Assembly (NCBI GenBank): GCA_038236365.1
Contig: JBBRZV010000008.1
Span: forward strand, 5,240-69,239
Direction of reading: 5' to 3'
Length of the DNA: 64,000 nt
Origin: Actinomycetales bacterium
GTDB taxonomy: Bacteria > Actinomycetota > Actinomycetes > Actinomycetales > Dermatophilaceae
This document shows, in pieces, positions 63,211-64,000 of this stretch. The notes under the pieces are model-generated. The model saw nothing but the letters and a program-made list of their open reading frames with translations. It made no database searches and was not told where the DNA came from. Position 1 is the first letter of the stretch, and the number at the start of each line of letters is the position of its first letter. The position numbers and the translations under genes were made by a program.

Positions 63211-63957
63211 ATGGCACGAACTCCCGATGGCCCTCCTCCGGCCCCCGCGGTCCAGAAGCTCAGGGTGCGGTACGCCAAGCGCGGCCGGCTCCGGTTCTCC
63301 TCCACGCGGGACTTCCAGCGTGCTCTCGAGCGCGCCTTGCGCAGGGCAGCCGTCCCGATGGCGTTCTCTGCTGGTTTTCATCCCCACCCGAAGATCTCCT
63401 ACGCCAATGCGGCGCCTACGGGAACGGCCAGCGAGGCGGAGTACTTCGAGATCTCCGTGACCCAGCGGGTCGACCCGGCGCGGGTTCTCGCCGCACTGGA
63501 TCAGGCGCTTCCGCAAGGCCTGGACATTCTCGAGGTGGTCGAGGCCGTCCCGGGAGCCCTCGCCGACCGTCTCCAGGCCAGCGACTGGGTCATGGAGTTC
63601 AGGGGCATGCCGCTCGAGGACCTGGTGCGCGCAACGGAGGAGCTGTTGGCGCGGGAGCGGGTCGAGGTCACGAGGGTGATGAAGAACGGTCCGCGCACGT
63701 TCGACGTCCGCAGCGCCGTCGTGTCGATGGACGCCTCGCCTTCCGGGAACGGCACGTGTGCGATACTGAGGGTGGTCGTGCGGCATACCACACCCGCCGT
63801 GCGCCCCGATGACGTTCTGAGCGCGCTGCAGTCAGTCGCCGCACTCACGCCTCCGAGTCCCCCTTTGGTGACACGGCTGGCGCAAGGGCCGCTGAGCACC
63901 GCAACCGCTTCGGTGGCCGATCCATTGGCTGCCGATCCGGACGTTGGCGGCAGCTGA
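63211..63957 (+). CDS. TIGR03936/DUF2344 family protein (usual partner of the TIGR03960 radical SAM)
   Basis: Motifs KLRVRYAKRGRLRFSSTRDFQRALERALRRA and FSAGFHPHPKISYANAAPTG. Confidence 0.8.
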   Translation: MARTPDGPPPAPAVQKLRVRYAKRGRLRFSSTRDFQRALERALRRAAVPMAFSAGFHPHPKISYANAAPTGTASEAEYFEISVTQRVDPARVLAALDQALPQGLDILEVVEAVPGALADRLQASDWVMEFRGMPLEDLVRATEELLARERVEVTRVMKNGPRTFDVRSAVVSMDASPSGNGTCAILRVVVRHTTPAVRPDDVLSALQSVAALTPPSPPLVTRLAQGPLSTATASVADPLAADPDVGGS

Positions 63958-64000
63958 GGTGGTGACGCGCGAAGCGGCGCGAGCTCCCAGATGTAGCGAT

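Overview
High-GC actinobacterial chromosome. The gene order matches the conserved actinobacterial core block: yifB/comM-dprA-xerC, rpsB-tsf-pyrH-frr-cdsA-rlmN, dxr-rip1-ispG, proS, rimP-nusA-infB-rbfA-truB-ribF. All calls come from reading the ORF translations, motifs and DNA by eye; no searches were run, and family names are recollections of motif signatures.

The accessory part is the first ~10.35 kb. It is an integrated element whose large serine recombinase sits at the right end, and it has split a comM/yifB Mg-chelatase-like gene at ~10350. The left end of the element is outside the window. From left to right the element carries:
- a DUF5343-like ORF coupled to an Ymh/TIGR02391-like protein with an R-x4-H (HEPN-type) motif, a candidate abortive-infection/toxin module;
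- a chain of translationally coupled small ORFs rich in Cys pairs;
- a Prim-Pol/P-loop replication protein, followed by a dense 9-bp iteron array with an AT-rich patch (candidate origin);
- a lipoprotein gene convergent with a voltage-gated-type K+ channel gene;
- a small ORF upstream of the recombinase.

The remaining ~54 kb is mostly housekeeping genes. Other notable content:
- an agmatine/putrescine uptake and catabolism cluster (Lrp, class-III aminotransferase, aldehyde dehydrogenase, PotDABC-like transporter, saccharopine-dehydrogenase-like protein, agmatinase);
- a stand-alone DnaB-C-terminal-like RecA-fold ATPase;
- a cell-envelope gene group (DUF1906/PG-binding, GT1, esterase, SGNH);
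- the radical-SAM TIGR03960/TIGR03936 pair, split by two inserted genes.

I recognised no rRNA, tRNA or CRISPR array.
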